Part shown: piece by piece, positions 1-10,333 of the stretch
Layout: each line of letters begins with the position of its first letter
How positions within the stretch are numbered: the first letter of the stretch is position 1
From: Alphaproteobacteria bacterium
GTDB taxonomy: Bacteria > Pseudomonadota > Alphaproteobacteria > UBA828
Length of the DNA stretch: 64,000 nt
Reading direction: 5' to 3'
NCBI GenBank assembly: GCA_965220745.1
Contig: CBDCQT010000013.1
Location: forward strand, 480,001 to 544,000
Made by a program: the position numbers and the translations under genes
The notes under the pieces: generated by a model
Seen by the model: the letters and a program-made list of their open reading frames with translations, nothing else
What the model was told of the DNA's origin: nothing
Databases searched by the model: none

Positions 1-300
1 CCAATCCAGCGGCATCTCGTCGATGGTGGGCATCCGGTTGCCCTTCGAATCGCGCGAGTTGTAGTGGTAGGGCGCGTCCATGTGGGTGCCGTTGTGGGTG
101 GCGAGCTCGATGAACTCGATCGCCCAGCCCTCGCCGCCCGGCAGCTGCTCCTCCTTGAGGCCGGGAAACAGCTCGCACATCATCGCCGCACTCTCTTTGC
201 CCGTCACGTAGCGGATCGTGGGCCGCATGAAATCCGGGTCCACGACGGTTTCATTGTCGAGGGGCTGGGAGATATCGACGATCTTCGACGGCAGCTTCAT
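1..300 (-). CDS. Cyclase / kynurenine-formamidase-like metal hydrolase (runs off the left edge; not in the ORF track)
   Basis: Manual translation MKLPSKIVDISQPLDNE...ELATHNGTHMDAPYHY contains the HxGTHxDAPxH cyclase motif; AAGGAGG lies upstream of the ATG. Confidence 0.85.
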   Translation of the reverse strand, partial: MKLPSKIVDISQPLDNETVVDPDFMRPTIRYVTGKESAAMMCELFPGLKEEQLPGGEGWAIEFIELATHNGTHMDAPYHYNSRDSKGNRMPTIDEMPLDW

Positions 301-401
301 CGCGGGTCCTCCTTGTGGCCGCCTCTTGTGCCCAAGGGGGGCACCGGAGTCGAGGGAGAGAATCTTGATCGGATCGGGCGCCGGCGCGTTAGAATGGCGC
401 C

Positions 402-620
402 ATGGCTATCCTGCGCACAGTGCTCTGGTCGCTCGCGCGCCGCGCCGCGTCGGACCCGCGCGTGCAGAAGAAGGCGGGGCAGGCGTTTCGGGCCGTCGAC
501 CGGAAAATGGACAAGGCCGCCGACAAGGTCGCGGATGTTGCGGCCGCCAAGGACCCTGCGCGCGAGGCGGGCAAGATGCTGGGCGCCTTCCTCTCAGGCG
601 ATAAGCGGCCGAAGGGCTGA
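402..620 (+). CDS. Small hypothetical protein (72 aa, Ala/Lys-rich, helical)
   Basis: Clean GC3-rich ORF filling the gap between the cyclase gene and the tRNAs; no recognised motif. Confidence 0.6.
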   Translation: MAILRTVLWSLARRAASDPRVQKKAGQAFRAVDRKMDKAADKVADVAAAKDPAREAGKMLGAFLSGDKRPKG

Positions 621-643
621 GCGCCCTCCGGCGTCTCTCCATC

Positions 644-730
<87 letters not shown>

Positions 731-739
731 CAGGTCAGA

Positions 740-826
740 TGGTGCGGCTGAGAGGACTCGAACCTCCACGGGGTCGCCCCCACAGCGCCCTCAACGCTGC
801 GCGTCTACCAGTTCCGCCACAGCCGC
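740..826 (-). tRNA. tRNA-Leu(GAG)
   Basis: GCGGCTGTGGCGGAACTGGTAGACGCG-CAGCG-TT-GAG-GG-CGCTG, long variable arm, encoded CCA; tandem with tRNA-Leu(CAG), 9-nt spacer. Confidence 0.97.
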
Positions 827-919
827 AAGACACCCGTGCTCGAAGAGCGGGCGGGGCGGAGAAAACAAGGTAAGGCAGCGCCTTGTCAAGCCGCGATCCG
901 CGGTACTTTCGCGGCGCCA

Positions 920-1921
920 CTAACGACCAGCGCCGGCCTCGGGCTTGAACGGGCGGGAGAGCAGGCCGCCAATGGCATCGTCGACTGACGCGCCCCGATG
1001 CAGCACCGCATGCACCGCGCTGGCGATCGGCATTTCGACGCCGAGTCCGGACGCCATCGTCACCACGGCCGGCGCGCTCTCGTGGCCTTCGGTGACCGCC
1101 TCGCTGGAGTCGAGTGCTGCCTTGGGCGCCGTCCCTTCGCCGATCGCGCGGCCGAAGCTGAAGTTGCGCGATTGCTCGCTGGTGCAGGTGAGCACCAGAT
1201 CGCCGAGGCCCGCGAGGCCGGCGAGTGTCTCCATCCGCGCGCCCTTGGCGACGGCGAGGCGCACAAGCTCGGCGAAGCCGCGCGCGATGATGGCGGCGCG
1301 GGCGTTGTCGCCCAAGCCGCGGCCGATGGCGATGCCGGCGGCAATCGCGATCACGTTCTTGACCGCGCCGCCGATCTGCACGCCGATCAGGTCGTCCGTG
1401 AGATAGGGACGGAAGGCCGGGACGCCGAGCGCCTTCACCACCGCCTCGCCCATGCGCGCGTCCTCGCAGGCAAGCGACACGGCGGCGGGCAAGCCGTCTG
1501 CGACCTCGCGCGCGAAGGTGGGGCCCGAGAGCACGGCGATTGGCATGTCCGGTGCCACCCGGCGCACCGCTTCGCTCATCAGCGCGCCGGTGCCCCGCTC
1601 GATTCCCTTGGGGCATATGACGGCGGGAGTCGCGCAGTCGGTCGCCTTGGCGACCTGCGCCGTCGTCTCGGCGAGATGCTGCGCCGGCGTCACCAGGAGC
1701 AGGAGATCGGCATCCGCCGCCTCGTTCAGGTCGGCGATGGCACGAATCGCGTGCTCAAGGGGGACGCCGGGCAGGAAGCGCCTGTTCTCGTGGCGGTCGT
1801 TGATGCTCTCGATGACATCGGTCTCACGCGCCCAGAGGGTCACCGTCCGCCCGGCTCGCGCCGCCACCGCAGCCAAGGCCGTGCCCCAGGCGCCGCCGCC
1901 GATCACGCCGATGCGCTTCAT
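920..1921 (-). CDS. gpsA: NAD(P)H-dependent glycerol-3-phosphate dehydrogenase
   Basis: GGGAWGTALA Rossmann motif, LSGPTFA, GGAVKNVIAI, GLGDLVLTC..SRN; start placed at MKRIGVIG. Confidence 0.95.
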   Translation of the reverse strand: MKRIGVIGGGAWGTALAAVAARAGRTVTLWARETDVIESINDRHENRRFLPGVPLEHAIRAIADLNEAADADLLLLVTPAQHLAETTAQVAKATDCATPAVICPKGIERGTGALMSEAVRRVAPDMPIAVLSGPTFAREVADGLPAAVSLACEDARMGEAVVKALGVPAFRPYLTDDLIGVQIGGAVKNVIAIAAGIAIGRGLGDNARAAIIARGFAELVRLAVAKGARMETLAGLAGLGDLVLTCTSEQSRNFSFGRAIGEGTAPKAALDSSEAVTEGHESAPAVVTMASGLGVEMPIASAVHAVLHRGASVDDAIGGLLSRPFKPEAGAGR

Positions 1922-2064
1922 CGTTCTCGTGCGGCCGTCGGAGGTTGGCGTTCCATGCCGCCCAGTGTAGCGGACGCCGCCGAGTCGGAAACACGACGCG
2001 GCAACAGACGCCGCAGCGAGCCGCGCGTACAATCGGAAACACGGCGGTGTGAGGGGAGGGGCGC

Positions 2065-2883
2065 ATGCTGCGTGTCGTGCCCGGAATTGGGCGTCTGCTT
2101 GCCGTTGCGCTCGCTGCGCTGACGGCTGCCACCACGGGGCATGCCGATGCGTCCCTTGAGTTGGTCGACATCCCCGGCGGCAGTTTCGAGATGGGCGATG
2201 CCGACGGCCGGCCTGACGAAGCGCCCCGGATGGCGACGGTAGACCCCTTCCGGCTCATGCTCTTCGAGGTGACGAACGCGCAGTTCGCCGCCTTCGTCGC
2301 CGAGACCGGGCACGTCACCGATCCGGAGCGCCGCGGCTTCGGCTACGTCTGGCCGGGGCGCTGGACCAAGGTGCCGGGCGCCGACTGGCGGCATCGCAGC
2401 GGGCCGGCGTCGAATCCCATCGGCCTCGACGATCATCCTGTGGTGCAGGTGAGCTGGCAGGACGCCGGCGCCTTCTGCCGCCACCACGGGCTTCGGCTGC
2501 CGAGCGAGGAGGAATGGGAATTCGCCGCGCGCGGCACCGACGGGCGCATCTTCCCTTGGGGCGATCGGGCCCCGGATGAGGGCGGCGCCAGGCGCGCCAA
2601 CTACGGCACCAACAAGTGCTGCGCGGCGGATATGACCGACGGCTACCACGAAACCGCGCCCGTCGGCTCCTATCTGGCCGGGCTTTCGCCGTTCGGCCTG
2701 CACGACATGGCTGGCAATGTCTGGGAGTGGACGTCGAGCCCCGACGGCGATACCGGCAAGTACGTGATTCGCGGCGGTGGCTGGGGCAACAATCCGTTCT
2801 GTCTGCGGGTGAGCTACCGACACAAGAATCCGCCGGATATCGGCCTCGACATGGTGGGATTTCGCTGCGCCGGCGATTCGTAG
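2065..2883 (+). CDS. Secreted formylglycine-generating-enzyme (SUMF1/FGE) family protein
   Basis: Signal peptide, FEMG, EVTNAQF, HPVVQVSW, RLPSEEEWEFAARG, GLHDMAGNVWEW, RGG, GFRC. Confidence 0.9.
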   Translation: MLRVVPGIGRLLAVALAALTAATTGHADASLELVDIPGGSFEMGDADGRPDEAPRMATVDPFRLMLFEVTNAQFAAFVAETGHVTDPERRGFGYVWPGRWTKVPGADWRHRSGPASNPIGLDDHPVVQVSWQDAGAFCRHHGLRLPSEEEWEFAARGTDGRIFPWGDRAPDEGGARRANYGTNKCCAADMTDGYHETAPVGSYLAGLSPFGLHDMAGNVWEWTSSPDGDTGKYVIRGGGWGNNPFCLRVSYRHKNPPDIGLDMVGFRCAGDS

Positions 2884-2905
2884 GCCCCGCGGGCGGTCGC
2901 GGGCC

Positions 2906-3979
2906 TCAGGCTTTTCGTCCCAATCGTCCCGGCACGCCGGCGCCCTCGGCGAGCCCCGCGTCCGCGTCAAGGGGCCAGCGCGGCCGCGGCGATGCGTCGA
3001 GCGGGTCGGTGAGGCCTCGGGTCAGCCGCTCGATCCCGGCCCAGGCGATCATCGCCGCATTGTCGGTGCAGAGCCGGGGCGGCGGGATGTTGAGGGCGAG
3101 GCCGCGGGTCGCCGCCAGCTCTTCGATGCGCCGCCTGATCTCGCTGTTGGCTGCGACTCCGCCCGCCACCACCAGCGCCGTCGGCTCCACGTTTGAGCCC
3201 CGGAGCATGTCGATCGCATTCGCCGTGCGGTCGACCAGCACGTCCGTGACCGCGGCCTGGAACGACGCGGCGAGGTCGGCACGGTCGCCCTCCGATGGCG
3301 TGCCCATCGCCTGAACGGCGTGGAGCAGCGCCGTCTTGAGACCTGAGAACGAGAAGTCGCAGCCGGGCCGTCCGATCAGGGGCCGGGGCAGGGAGATACG
3401 TGCCGGGTCGCCGTCCTTGGCCGCGCGCTCGATTGCGGGCCCGCCCGGATAGCCGAGCTCCAGCAACATCGCCGCCTTGTCGAAGGCCTCGCCCACCGCG
3501 TCGTCGATGGTGGTGCCCAGCCGCTGGTACCGATCCACCTCCTCGACCAGCAGCAGTTGGCAGTGGCCGCCCGAGACCAGCAGCAGCAGATAGGGGAAGT
3601 TCAGCTCGGGGGCGATGAGACGCGGGCTGAGCGCATGCCCTTCCAGGTGGTTGACGGCGAGCAGCGGCTTGCCGTGGACGGCGGCGATTGCCTTGCCGGT
3701 CATGAGCCCGACCATGACCGCGCCAATCAAGCCGGGGCCGGCGGTGGCGGCCACGCCGTCGAGGTCGGCGAAACCGACACCGGCCTCCTCCATTGCACGG
3801 GCGATGAGGCCGTCGAGATGCTCGACGTGGCTGCGCGCGGCAATCTCCGGCACCACGCCGCCGTAGGGCGCGTGGTCGGCGATTTGCGAGAGCACGATGT
3901 CGGACAGCACCCGGCGCTCGTCGGTCACGACTGCGGCCGCCGTCTCGTCGCAGCTCGTCTCGATGCCGAGGACGATCAT
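2906..3979 (-). CDS. tsaD: tRNA N6-adenosine threonylcarbamoyltransferase TsaD
   Basis: [55 protein letters not shown]. Confidence 0.97.
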   Translation of the reverse strand: MIVLGIETSCDETAAAVVTDERRVLSDIVLSQIADHAPYGGVVPEIAARSHVEHLDGLIARAMEEAGVGFADLDGVAATAGPGLIGAVMVGLMTGKAIAAVHGKPLLAVNHLEGHALSPRLIAPELNFPYLLLLVSGGHCQLLLVEEVDRYQRLGTTIDDAVGEAFDKAAMLLELGYPGGPAIERAAKDGDPARISLPRPLIGRPGCDFSFSGLKTALLHAVQAMGTPSEGDRADLAASFQAAVTDVLVDRTANAIDMLRGSNVEPTALVVAGGVAANSEIRRRIEELAATRGLALNIPPPRLCTDNAAMIAWAGIERLTRGLTDPLDASPRPRWPLDADAGLAEGAGVPGRLGRKA

Positions 3980-4125
3980 GGAGGCGAGCCTAACTCAGAT
4001 TTCTCATCACGGTCAGTACCTGCACGATAGTTTCCCGCCGAAATGGGTGACGTTCGCGACTACCTGTCAGGAGAAAAACGGGTGCTCCCCGTGGATAACG
4101 AATAGCCTCGATCAGGAGCACCCTG

Positions 4126-4260
4126 ATGCCAGATCGTGCCCCGACGATTAAAAGCCTACGGACGACCTTCGAGGTCGTGAAGGCGATGGTGGACACGCTT
4201 CCCGAAGCGATCTTCGCACGCCGCCAAAGCCGGGCACTCGGTCAATCTGGAGGCTCCTGA
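4126..4260 (+). pseudogene. 44-aa ORF, possibly a truncated gene start
   Basis: AGGAG 7 nt before ATG; MPDRAPTIKSLRTTFEVVKAMVDTLPEAIFARRQSRALGQSGGS*; 'AMVDTLPEAIF' resembles a PAS-domain start. Confidence 0.3.
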
Positions 4261-4296
4261 GGCGGTGAATTTGGCGTTCACGTCTTTTTCGCTTGG

Positions 4297-4356
4297 CTCG
4301 TATTTTTCTATAACGCTATGAATTTTTCTTATAATCTCGTATTTTCTCCATAACGC
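4297..4356. promoter_or_regulatory. Three AT-rich ~20-bp direct repeats upstream of the hydrolase
   Basis: CTCGTATTTTTCTATAACGC / TATGAATTTTTCTTATAAT / CTCGTATTTTCTCCATAACGC. Confidence 0.5.
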
Positions 4357-4499
4357 GAGTCGTCGGGCCGAAACTGGACTGGCTCCGCTGCACGAACCGG
4401 TCGCGATGGACGACGGCGGGCTTGCTGGGCGTCGACCAGCATTCACATCCGACCGCCCCCCCCTTGGGGGGACGGGCACGTTCGACAAGGAGAATCACC

Positions 4500-5363
4500 A
4501 TGAAACGCGCACTGCAAATGTTCTCGGCTCTCGGGGTCGTCCTGCTGTTTGCCGCAGCCGGCCCGGCGACGGCTGGCGACGGTTGGCGCACGCTGACGCC
4601 GCCGCAGCCGCTTCCAGCGCCCGAAGCGACCGGCAATGTTGCAGTCAACGGCGCCAACATTCACTACGCGCTCTACGGCTCCGGCAACACCGATGCGGTG
4701 CTGCTGTTGCACGGCGGCTTGGGCGCGGTCGAGGACTTTGGGGGACAGATCGGCGCCCTCGCTGCCACATACAAGGTAATCGCCATCGACAGCCGGGGCC
4801 ACGGCCGCTCGACCGACGACGAACAACCTTATGGTTATCACCTGATGGCGAGCGATGTGATGGGCGTGATGGACAGCCTCGGTCTGGACCAAGCGGCAAT
4901 CGTGGGCTGGAGCGACGGCGGAAACATCGGGCTCGATCTGGCGATCCACAATCCCGACCGGTTGACCAAGGTGTTCGCGCTCGGGGCCAACTACCAAACG
5001 GCCGGCCTTCGCCCCTCCGCCTTTACCGACGCGCTGATCGGTGCCTACGTCGGCCACGCGGCTGCACAGTACGCACAGATTTCGCCAACGCCCGACGCGT
5101 GGGAAGCGTTTTCCGGCAAGGTGTTCGCGATGTGGGGCGGCCAGCCCGCCTACACCGACGAGCAGTTGGTGGGAATCACGGTCCCCTTCATGATCGCGGC
5201 CGGCGTCTACGAAGAGGCTATCGACGAGGCTCACACCAAACGCATGGCTGAGCTCATTCCGGGCTCCCAGTTGCTCTTAATCGGCAATTCCAGTCACTTC
5301 GCGCACTGGCAGCAGGTCGAGGCGGTGAACACCGCGATCCTGGAGTTCCTCGCCGCCGAGTGA
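4500..5363 (+). CDS. Secreted alpha/beta hydrolase
   Basis: AAGGAG RBS, signal peptide, LLHGGLG, DSRGHGRS, GWSDGG nucleophile elbow, C-terminal His. Confidence 0.9.
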   Translation: MKRALQMFSALGVVLLFAAAGPATAGDGWRTLTPPQPLPAPEATGNVAVNGANIHYALYGSGNTDAVLLLHGGLGAVEDFGGQIGALAATYKVIAIDSRGHGRSTDDEQPYGYHLMASDVMGVMDSLGLDQAAIVGWSDGGNIGLDLAIHNPDRLTKVFALGANYQTAGLRPSAFTDALIGAYVGHAAAQYAQISPTPDAWEAFSGKVFAMWGGQPAYTDEQLVGITVPFMIAAGVYEEAIDEAHTKRMAELIPGSQLLLIGNSSHFAHWQQVEAVNTAILEFLAAE

Positions 5364-5607
5364 CGGAAGCGGCCGAGCGGCTCTTCCTGCTGCTGGTGGT
5401 CGGCTATTCGGACCAGGATGCGGTAGTGCCCGACATCGGGCGAAAGCCGCTCAACGAGACGGTCGCCTACGTCTGACAATGGGACAGGGTTTGGCGCTGG
5501 TCCGGGCGGGGCCGGCGCCGCAACGATCCGTGCCGTCCGGGGCGTGAAAGCGCTCGCGTCGGCGCGGCCCGCTGTGTAGAAGGGGCGCGACGCTCCGAAT
5601 CGGTGCC

Positions 5608-6543
5608 GTGGACGTGCGCCTGCCAATAGTCGTCGGGACGCGGGGCAGCCCGCTCGCCATCGCCCAGACCCGCCACGTTTGCACCCGGCTGGTTGCGGCG
5701 CATTCTGCGCTGGCCGAGGACGGTGCGCTGCTCACCCAGACCATCACCACCTCGGGCGATCGATTTGCGGACCGCCCGCTTGCCGAGATCGGCGGCAAGG
5801 GGCTCTTCACCAAGGAGATCGAGGAGGCGCTCCTGGATGGGCGCATCGATCTCGCCGTGCACTCGATGAAGGACGTGCCGACCTGGCTGCCGGAGGAGCT
5901 GGAGATCGCCGCGATCCCTGAGCGGGAGGATCCGCGCGACGTGCTGATCGCGCCTGGTGCGACCGGCCTCGCCGACCTGCCGGCGGGGACGCGCGTCGGG
6001 ACCGGTTCGCTCCGCCGCCAAGCACAAGTTCTGGCGCGCCGCCCCGATATCGAGATCGTCCCGATGCGGGGCAACGTCGGCACCCGGCTGCGCAAGGTGG
6101 CCGATGGTGCGGCCGACGCCACGCTGCTGGCTCTGGCCGGCCTCAAGCGCTTGGGCGAGGAGGTCGACGGGATGGCGGTGCTGGAGCCGGCGGAGATGCT
6201 GCCGGCGGTGGGGCAGGGGGCGCTCGGCATCGAGTGCCGGACGGGCGATGAGCGGGTGCAGGAGCTGCTGCAGCCCATCGTCGATCCGGTGACAACTGCC
6301 GCGGTCCAGTGCGAACGGGCGTTGCTGGAGGTGCTCGACGGCTCCTGCCGCATGCCGATCGCAGGCCTCGCCGAGGCGGATGGCTCGGGCGGGCTTCGCC
6401 TCGACGCCCTGATCGCGCGGGCCGACGGCAGCGTCTGTCACCGAGTCGAGCGCGCTGGGGCTGTAGCGGACGCGTCCGCCATCGGCCGCGACGCCGGTGC
6501 CGCGCTGCGTGCGGCCGGCGGGCCTGACTGGTTCGAGTCGTGA
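5608..6543 (+). CDS. hemC: Hydroxymethylbilane synthase
   Basis: GTRGSPLA, GGKGLFTKEIE, AVHSMKD, GSLRR, RGNV, LDGSC. Confidence 0.97.
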   Translation: MDVRLPIVVGTRGSPLAIAQTRHVCTRLVAAHSALAEDGALLTQTITTSGDRFADRPLAEIGGKGLFTKEIEEALLDGRIDLAVHSMKDVPTWLPEELEIAAIPEREDPRDVLIAPGATGLADLPAGTRVGTGSLRRQAQVLARRPDIEIVPMRGNVGTRLRKVADGAADATLLALAGLKRLGEEVDGMAVLEPAEMLPAVGQGALGIECRTGDERVQELLQPIVDPVTTAAVQCERALLEVLDGSCRMPIAGLAEADGSGGLRLDALIARADGSVCHRVERAGAVADASAIGRDAGAALRAAGGPDWFES

Positions 6544-7301
6544 GCTGCCCCCGCCTGCTCTTGACTCGTCCGCACCAGGATTCTCTCGCGCTCGCGGAAG
6601 AGCTGGCGCGTCACGGCGTCGATTCGCTGATCGAGCCGATGATGACGATCCGCATCGACGACGGTGCGAAACTCGACCTTGCGGGTGTCCAGGCGATCCT
6701 CCTCACCAGCGCGAACGGCGCGCGGGCGCTTGCGGCGACGTCACCCGACGAGGATGCGCGCCGGCTTCCGGTCCTGGCCGTCGGCTGCGCCACCGCGCAG
6801 GCTGCGCAGGACGCCGGCTTCCGCTCGGTGACCGCGGCGGACAGCGACGTGGATGCGCTGGCAGCGCTCGCCCTAGCCCGACTCCGCCCAGACTCCGGCC
6901 GACTCGTCCACGTGGCCGGCCGGGTCAGCACGGGCGATTTGGCGCCCCGGCTGCGCGCCGCCGGCTTCGAGGCGGAGCGCGTGCCCCTCTACGACGCGGT
7001 GGCCTCATGTGCCTTGTCTGCGCCGGCGCGCCAGGCGTTGGAGTCGCAAGCCCTCGCCGGTGCTGCGTTTTACTCTCCCCGCACCGCGCGCCTCTTTGCT
7101 AAGCTCATGCGCGAATCGGGACTCGACTCGACGGCGCGGACACTCACCGCGTTCTGCCTGAGCCAAGCGGTGGCCGAAGCGGCAGCATCTCTTCCCTGGA
7201 AACGCGTCTCCGTGGCCACCGCGCCGCAACAGGATGCGCTCGTCGCCTGCGTCGTGAGCGCGCTCGCGCCGAGCACGCGAACGGACGAGCAGCAACGGTG
7301 A
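6540..7301 (+). CDS. hemD: Uroporphyrinogen-III synthase
   Basis: LLTRP, LTSANG, AVG..TA, FYSPRTA; GTGA overlap with hemC. Confidence 0.92.
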   Translation: MSCPRLLLTRPHQDSLALAEELARHGVDSLIEPMMTIRIDDGAKLDLAGVQAILLTSANGARALAATSPDEDARRLPVLAVGCATAQAAQDAGFRSVTAADSDVDALAALALARLRPDSGRLVHVAGRVSTGDLAPRLRAAGFEAERVPLYDAVASCALSAPARQALESQALAGAAFYSPRTARLFAKLMRESGLDSTARTLTAFCLSQAVAEAAASLPWKRVSVATAPQQDALVACVVSALAPSTRTDEQQR

Positions 7302-8869
7302 GCAAGAGATCGTCCCGGCGCCGAAGAGGCCGCGACAGGCGGAACGAGAGACACATGGCGGCGCGGAAAGATGACGGCCAGGAGCCGCCGGCAAGCGGCC
7401 GGCCAAGCGTGATCTGGCGATTGCCGGCGACGCGGGGTGCGACGCAGGACGCGGACACCCCCGATGCCCCCGCCGCCGAGGCCGAGGCGGATCGCCCGAA
7501 GGGTCGCCGCGTCCCGCTGCTGGCCGCCATAGGCCTGGCTGCAGCGCTCGTTTGCGTCGGGCTTTACGCCGCGTGGTCCGAATTCGGATCCGATGTCTTC
7601 GGCATTGGCGGGGAGCAGACTGTCGCCTCGACCCCCGCCGCTGCGCCGCCCGTCGCCCAACAAACGGGTGACGGTCCGTCGGGTGAGGGCACGGCCGAGG
7701 CTCCCCCCGTCGACGGTGCCGGCGCGCCGCTCGCCGGCGCAGAGGTGGAGGACGAGGACGCCAAGACCGACCCAGTAGAGGAGTCGATCTCGGTCGCCGC
7801 CGCTCTGCAGAACGACGAGACCGCTCCACAGGAGACGGCGACGCCCGAGCCGGCAGCGCCTGCAGTGGATCCCCCGTCGCCATCGCCGGTGCTTGCCGCC
7901 GACGACCCGCCGACGACCCCGGCCGTTGCCCCCGCACACGCCGAGGAGCAGGTCGTGCCCGAGCGCGCGACCGCCGTTGCTGCCGAAACAGCTCCGGTTG
8001 CGGTCGACGAGTCCCAGCCTGCCACCCGATCGCCCGCCCAAGCCGATATCGGCAGCGACGCGCTCGGGGCGCTGAACGCTCGGCTGGAGGCCCTGGAGGC
8101 GCGGTCCGATGGTGCCATCGGCGCGGGCGCTGCGGTGATCGCCCTGGAGCAGCGGGTCCGGGTGCTCGAGGACGATCCGACGCGCGAGCCCCTCGGCGAG
8201 GCGCTCGCGGCTTGGGGTGAGCAGCGCGCCGCGCTGGAGACCGCGCTCGCTGAGGTAAGCGCGCGGCTCGCGCACTTCGAGGAAGAGGCCGCACAGCAGG
8301 CCGCCGCCGACGGGCGTCTGGTGACGCTAGTACTGGCGACGGGAGAGCTTACGGCGGCTCTCGGCTCCTCCCGCGGCTTCGCACCGGTGCTCGACACGGT
8401 TCGCGGCATCACCGGCGACGATCCCGCGTTCGAGAGCGCCCTCGCGCGGCTCGCGCCCTTCGCCGCTACCGGCGTGCCGACCATCGACGGGCTCCTCGCG
8501 CGCTTTCCCGAGGCCGCGAACGCCATCGTCCGTGCCGCGCCCGCGACCGAGGACGCCGACTGGATCGACGAGACGGTCACCCGGCTGAGCCAGCTCGTGA
8601 CGATCCGCAAGACCAGCGGCGCGATCGATCCTCAGAGCCTCGACGGCCGTCTGGTCGAGGCCGAATCGGCGCTCGCGACCGGCGATCTCGGGCGCGCGAT
8701 CGCCATCGTCGAGGCGACGATGCCCGGTGCCGTCGAGGCCATCAGCGCCCAAACCTGGCTACGCGACGCCCGCGCCCGACAGGAGGCCGACGACGCGCTC
8801 GCCGCTCTTGTCGCCGCCGTCCACGCCCGCATCGGCGCCCGTTGGGCAACGACCGGCGGGACGCAATGA
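7298..8869 (+). CDS. COG4223 / mitofilin (Mic60)-like inner-membrane protein
   Basis: N-terminal TM, long Pro/Ala/acidic linker, coiled coil, C-terminal GVPT..L..RF and WL..AR segments; sits between hemD and hemY. Alternative start at 7355. Confidence 0.8.
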   Translation: MSKRSSRRRRGRDRRNERHMAARKDDGQEPPASGRPSVIWRLPATRGATQDADTPDAPAAEAEADRPKGRRVPLLAAIGLAAALVCVGLYAAWSEFGSDVFGIGGEQTVASTPAAAPPVAQQTGDGPSGEGTAEAPPVDGAGAPLAGAEVEDEDAKTDPVEESISVAAALQNDETAPQETATPEPAAPAVDPPSPSPVLAADDPPTTPAVAPAHAEEQVVPERATAVAAETAPVAVDESQPATRSPAQADIGSDALGALNARLEALEARSDGAIGAGAAVIALEQRVRVLEDDPTREPLGEALAAWGEQRAALETALAEVSARLAHFEEEAAQQAAADGRLVTLVLATGELTAALGSSRGFAPVLDTVRGITGDDPAFESALARLAPFAATGVPTIDGLLARFPEAANAIVRAAPATEDADWIDETVTRLSQLVTIRKTSGAIDPQSLDGRLVEAESALATGDLGRAIAIVEATMPGAVEAISAQTWLRDARARQEADDALAALVAAVHARIGARWATTGGTQ

Positions 8870-10248
8870 TTCGCATCATCGCCTTCGTCGTCGCGGTGAC
8901 CGTCGTGGCGGCGGCTGCGACCTGGATCTCGGAGCCGCCCGGCCGTGTCGAGATCGCCTGGGACGACTATATGGTCGAGACCTCGCCGGGGACCCTGGCT
9001 GCGGCCCTCGCCGTGGCTGCGGCCATCGTCCTGGTGATTGCCGCCGTCGTGCGCTTCGTCTGGATCGGTCCGCGCCGGGTCGCATTAGCGCGCCGGCGCC
9101 GCCGCGAGCGTCTAGGCTATCGCGCGCTGACCCAGGGGCTGGTCGCTGCGGCGGCGGGCGACCCAAAGCGTGCTCGCCGCTTCGCGCGTCGCGCCGATGC
9201 GCTGCTGGAGGAGCCCCCGCTGACGCTCCTGCTCTCGGCCCAGGCGGCACAGCTCGAGGGCGACGACCACGCCGCGCGCGGCTATTTCGAGGCCATGCTC
9301 GACCAGCCAGCGACGGCGTTCCTCGGATTGCGCGGCTTGCTCGTTCAGGCCGAGCGCACCGGCGACACGGCGAGGGCGCTGGAGCTTGCGGAGCAGGCTT
9401 TCACTCTCCGGCCCGAGACGCCCTGGGTCCTTACCGCGCTGTTGGAGATGCAGACACGAGCGGGGCGCTGGTCGGATGCGCTCAATACGGTCAAGCAGGC
9501 CCTGCGCCACGGCGCGGTGGGTGACGAGGTCGGCCGCCGACGCCAGGCGGGATTGCTCTTCGAGCGTGCGCGGGCGTTGCGCGAGCAGGGCGAGGTGAGG
9601 GAGGCGCTGCGCGTCGCCGACGAAGCGCGCGCGGCGGATGCGGCGTTCCTGCCCGCAGCGCTGCTAGGCGCCGGACTCGCCAAGGAAGCCGGCCGAGACA
9701 GTGCTGCGCAGCGGGCGGTGATCGATGCCTGGCGTCATTGTCCTCACCCGGCGCTCGGCCGGCTCTTTCTCGCGCTCCACGCCGACAGTTCGGCCGCAGA
9801 GCGGCTGAAGCGGGTCGAGACGCTGGTGGCCAACAACAGCGACCACGCCGAGAGCCTCATGCTGCTCGCGAACCAGGCGTTCGAAGCGAAGCAGTGGGGG
9901 ACGGCGCGCCAGCACCTGGAGCGCGCCGCGGTTGAGTGCCCCAGCGCCGGCGTCTACCGCCTGCTGGCACGTCTGGAGGAGGCCGAGACGGGGGACGGCG
10001 ACGCGGTCCGGCGGCGCCTCCAGCAGGCGAGCGAGGCGTCGCCCGATCCGGCCTGGCTCTGCACCCGCTGCGCCAGCGCGAGCCCGGCGTGGTCGATCGT
10101 CTGCGATCGCTGCGGTGCCTTTGATGCGATCGAGTGGCGCACACCGTCACGCGTCGAGGCAAGTGCCTTGCCGCCAGATACTGCCGCCTCTGCCGACGAC
10201 GATGAAGAGCAACCAGTACCGGCGGCCGCAGGCACTGCCGCCGAGTGA
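8866..10248 (+). CDS. hemY: HemY-N domain TPR protein
   Basis: Two N-terminal TMs, ALTQGLVAAAAGD, PLTLLLSAQAAQ, FLGLRGL, C-terminal CxxC...CxxC. Confidence 0.9.
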   Translation: MIRIIAFVVAVTVVAAAATWISEPPGRVEIAWDDYMVETSPGTLAAALAVAAAIVLVIAAVVRFVWIGPRRVALARRRRRERLGYRALTQGLVAAAAGDPKRARRFARRADALLEEPPLTLLLSAQAAQLEGDDHAARGYFEAMLDQPATAFLGLRGLLVQAERTGDTARALELAEQAFTLRPETPWVLTALLEMQTRAGRWSDALNTVKQALRHGAVGDEVGRRRQAGLLFERARALREQGEVREALRVADEARAADAAFLPAALLGAGLAKEAGRDSAAQRAVIDAWRHCPHPALGRLFLALHADSSAAERLKRVETLVANNSDHAESLMLLANQAFEAKQWGTARQHLERAAVECPSAGVYRLLARLEEAETGDGDAVRRRLQQASEASPDPAWLCTRCASASPAWSIVCDRCGAFDAIEWRTPSRVEASALPPDTAASADDDEEQPVPAAAGTAAE

Positions 10249-10333
10249 TCGTTCTTGCGGGAAGCCAGGGCCAGCCCGCGATTGGCGCCTTTACAATGCA
10301 GCGTGCCTTGACGATAGTCCGGCGCGGAAGCGG

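Noticed and set aside
4090-4098. DnaA-box-like CGTGGATAA / possible oriC near hem genes
   Set aside because: Single mismatched box; dif and KOPS convergence indicate the terminus, not the origin.
5608-10248. Mitofilin-like gene inside the hem operon
   Set aside because: Known conserved alphaproteobacterial hemC-hemD-mic60-hemY arrangement.
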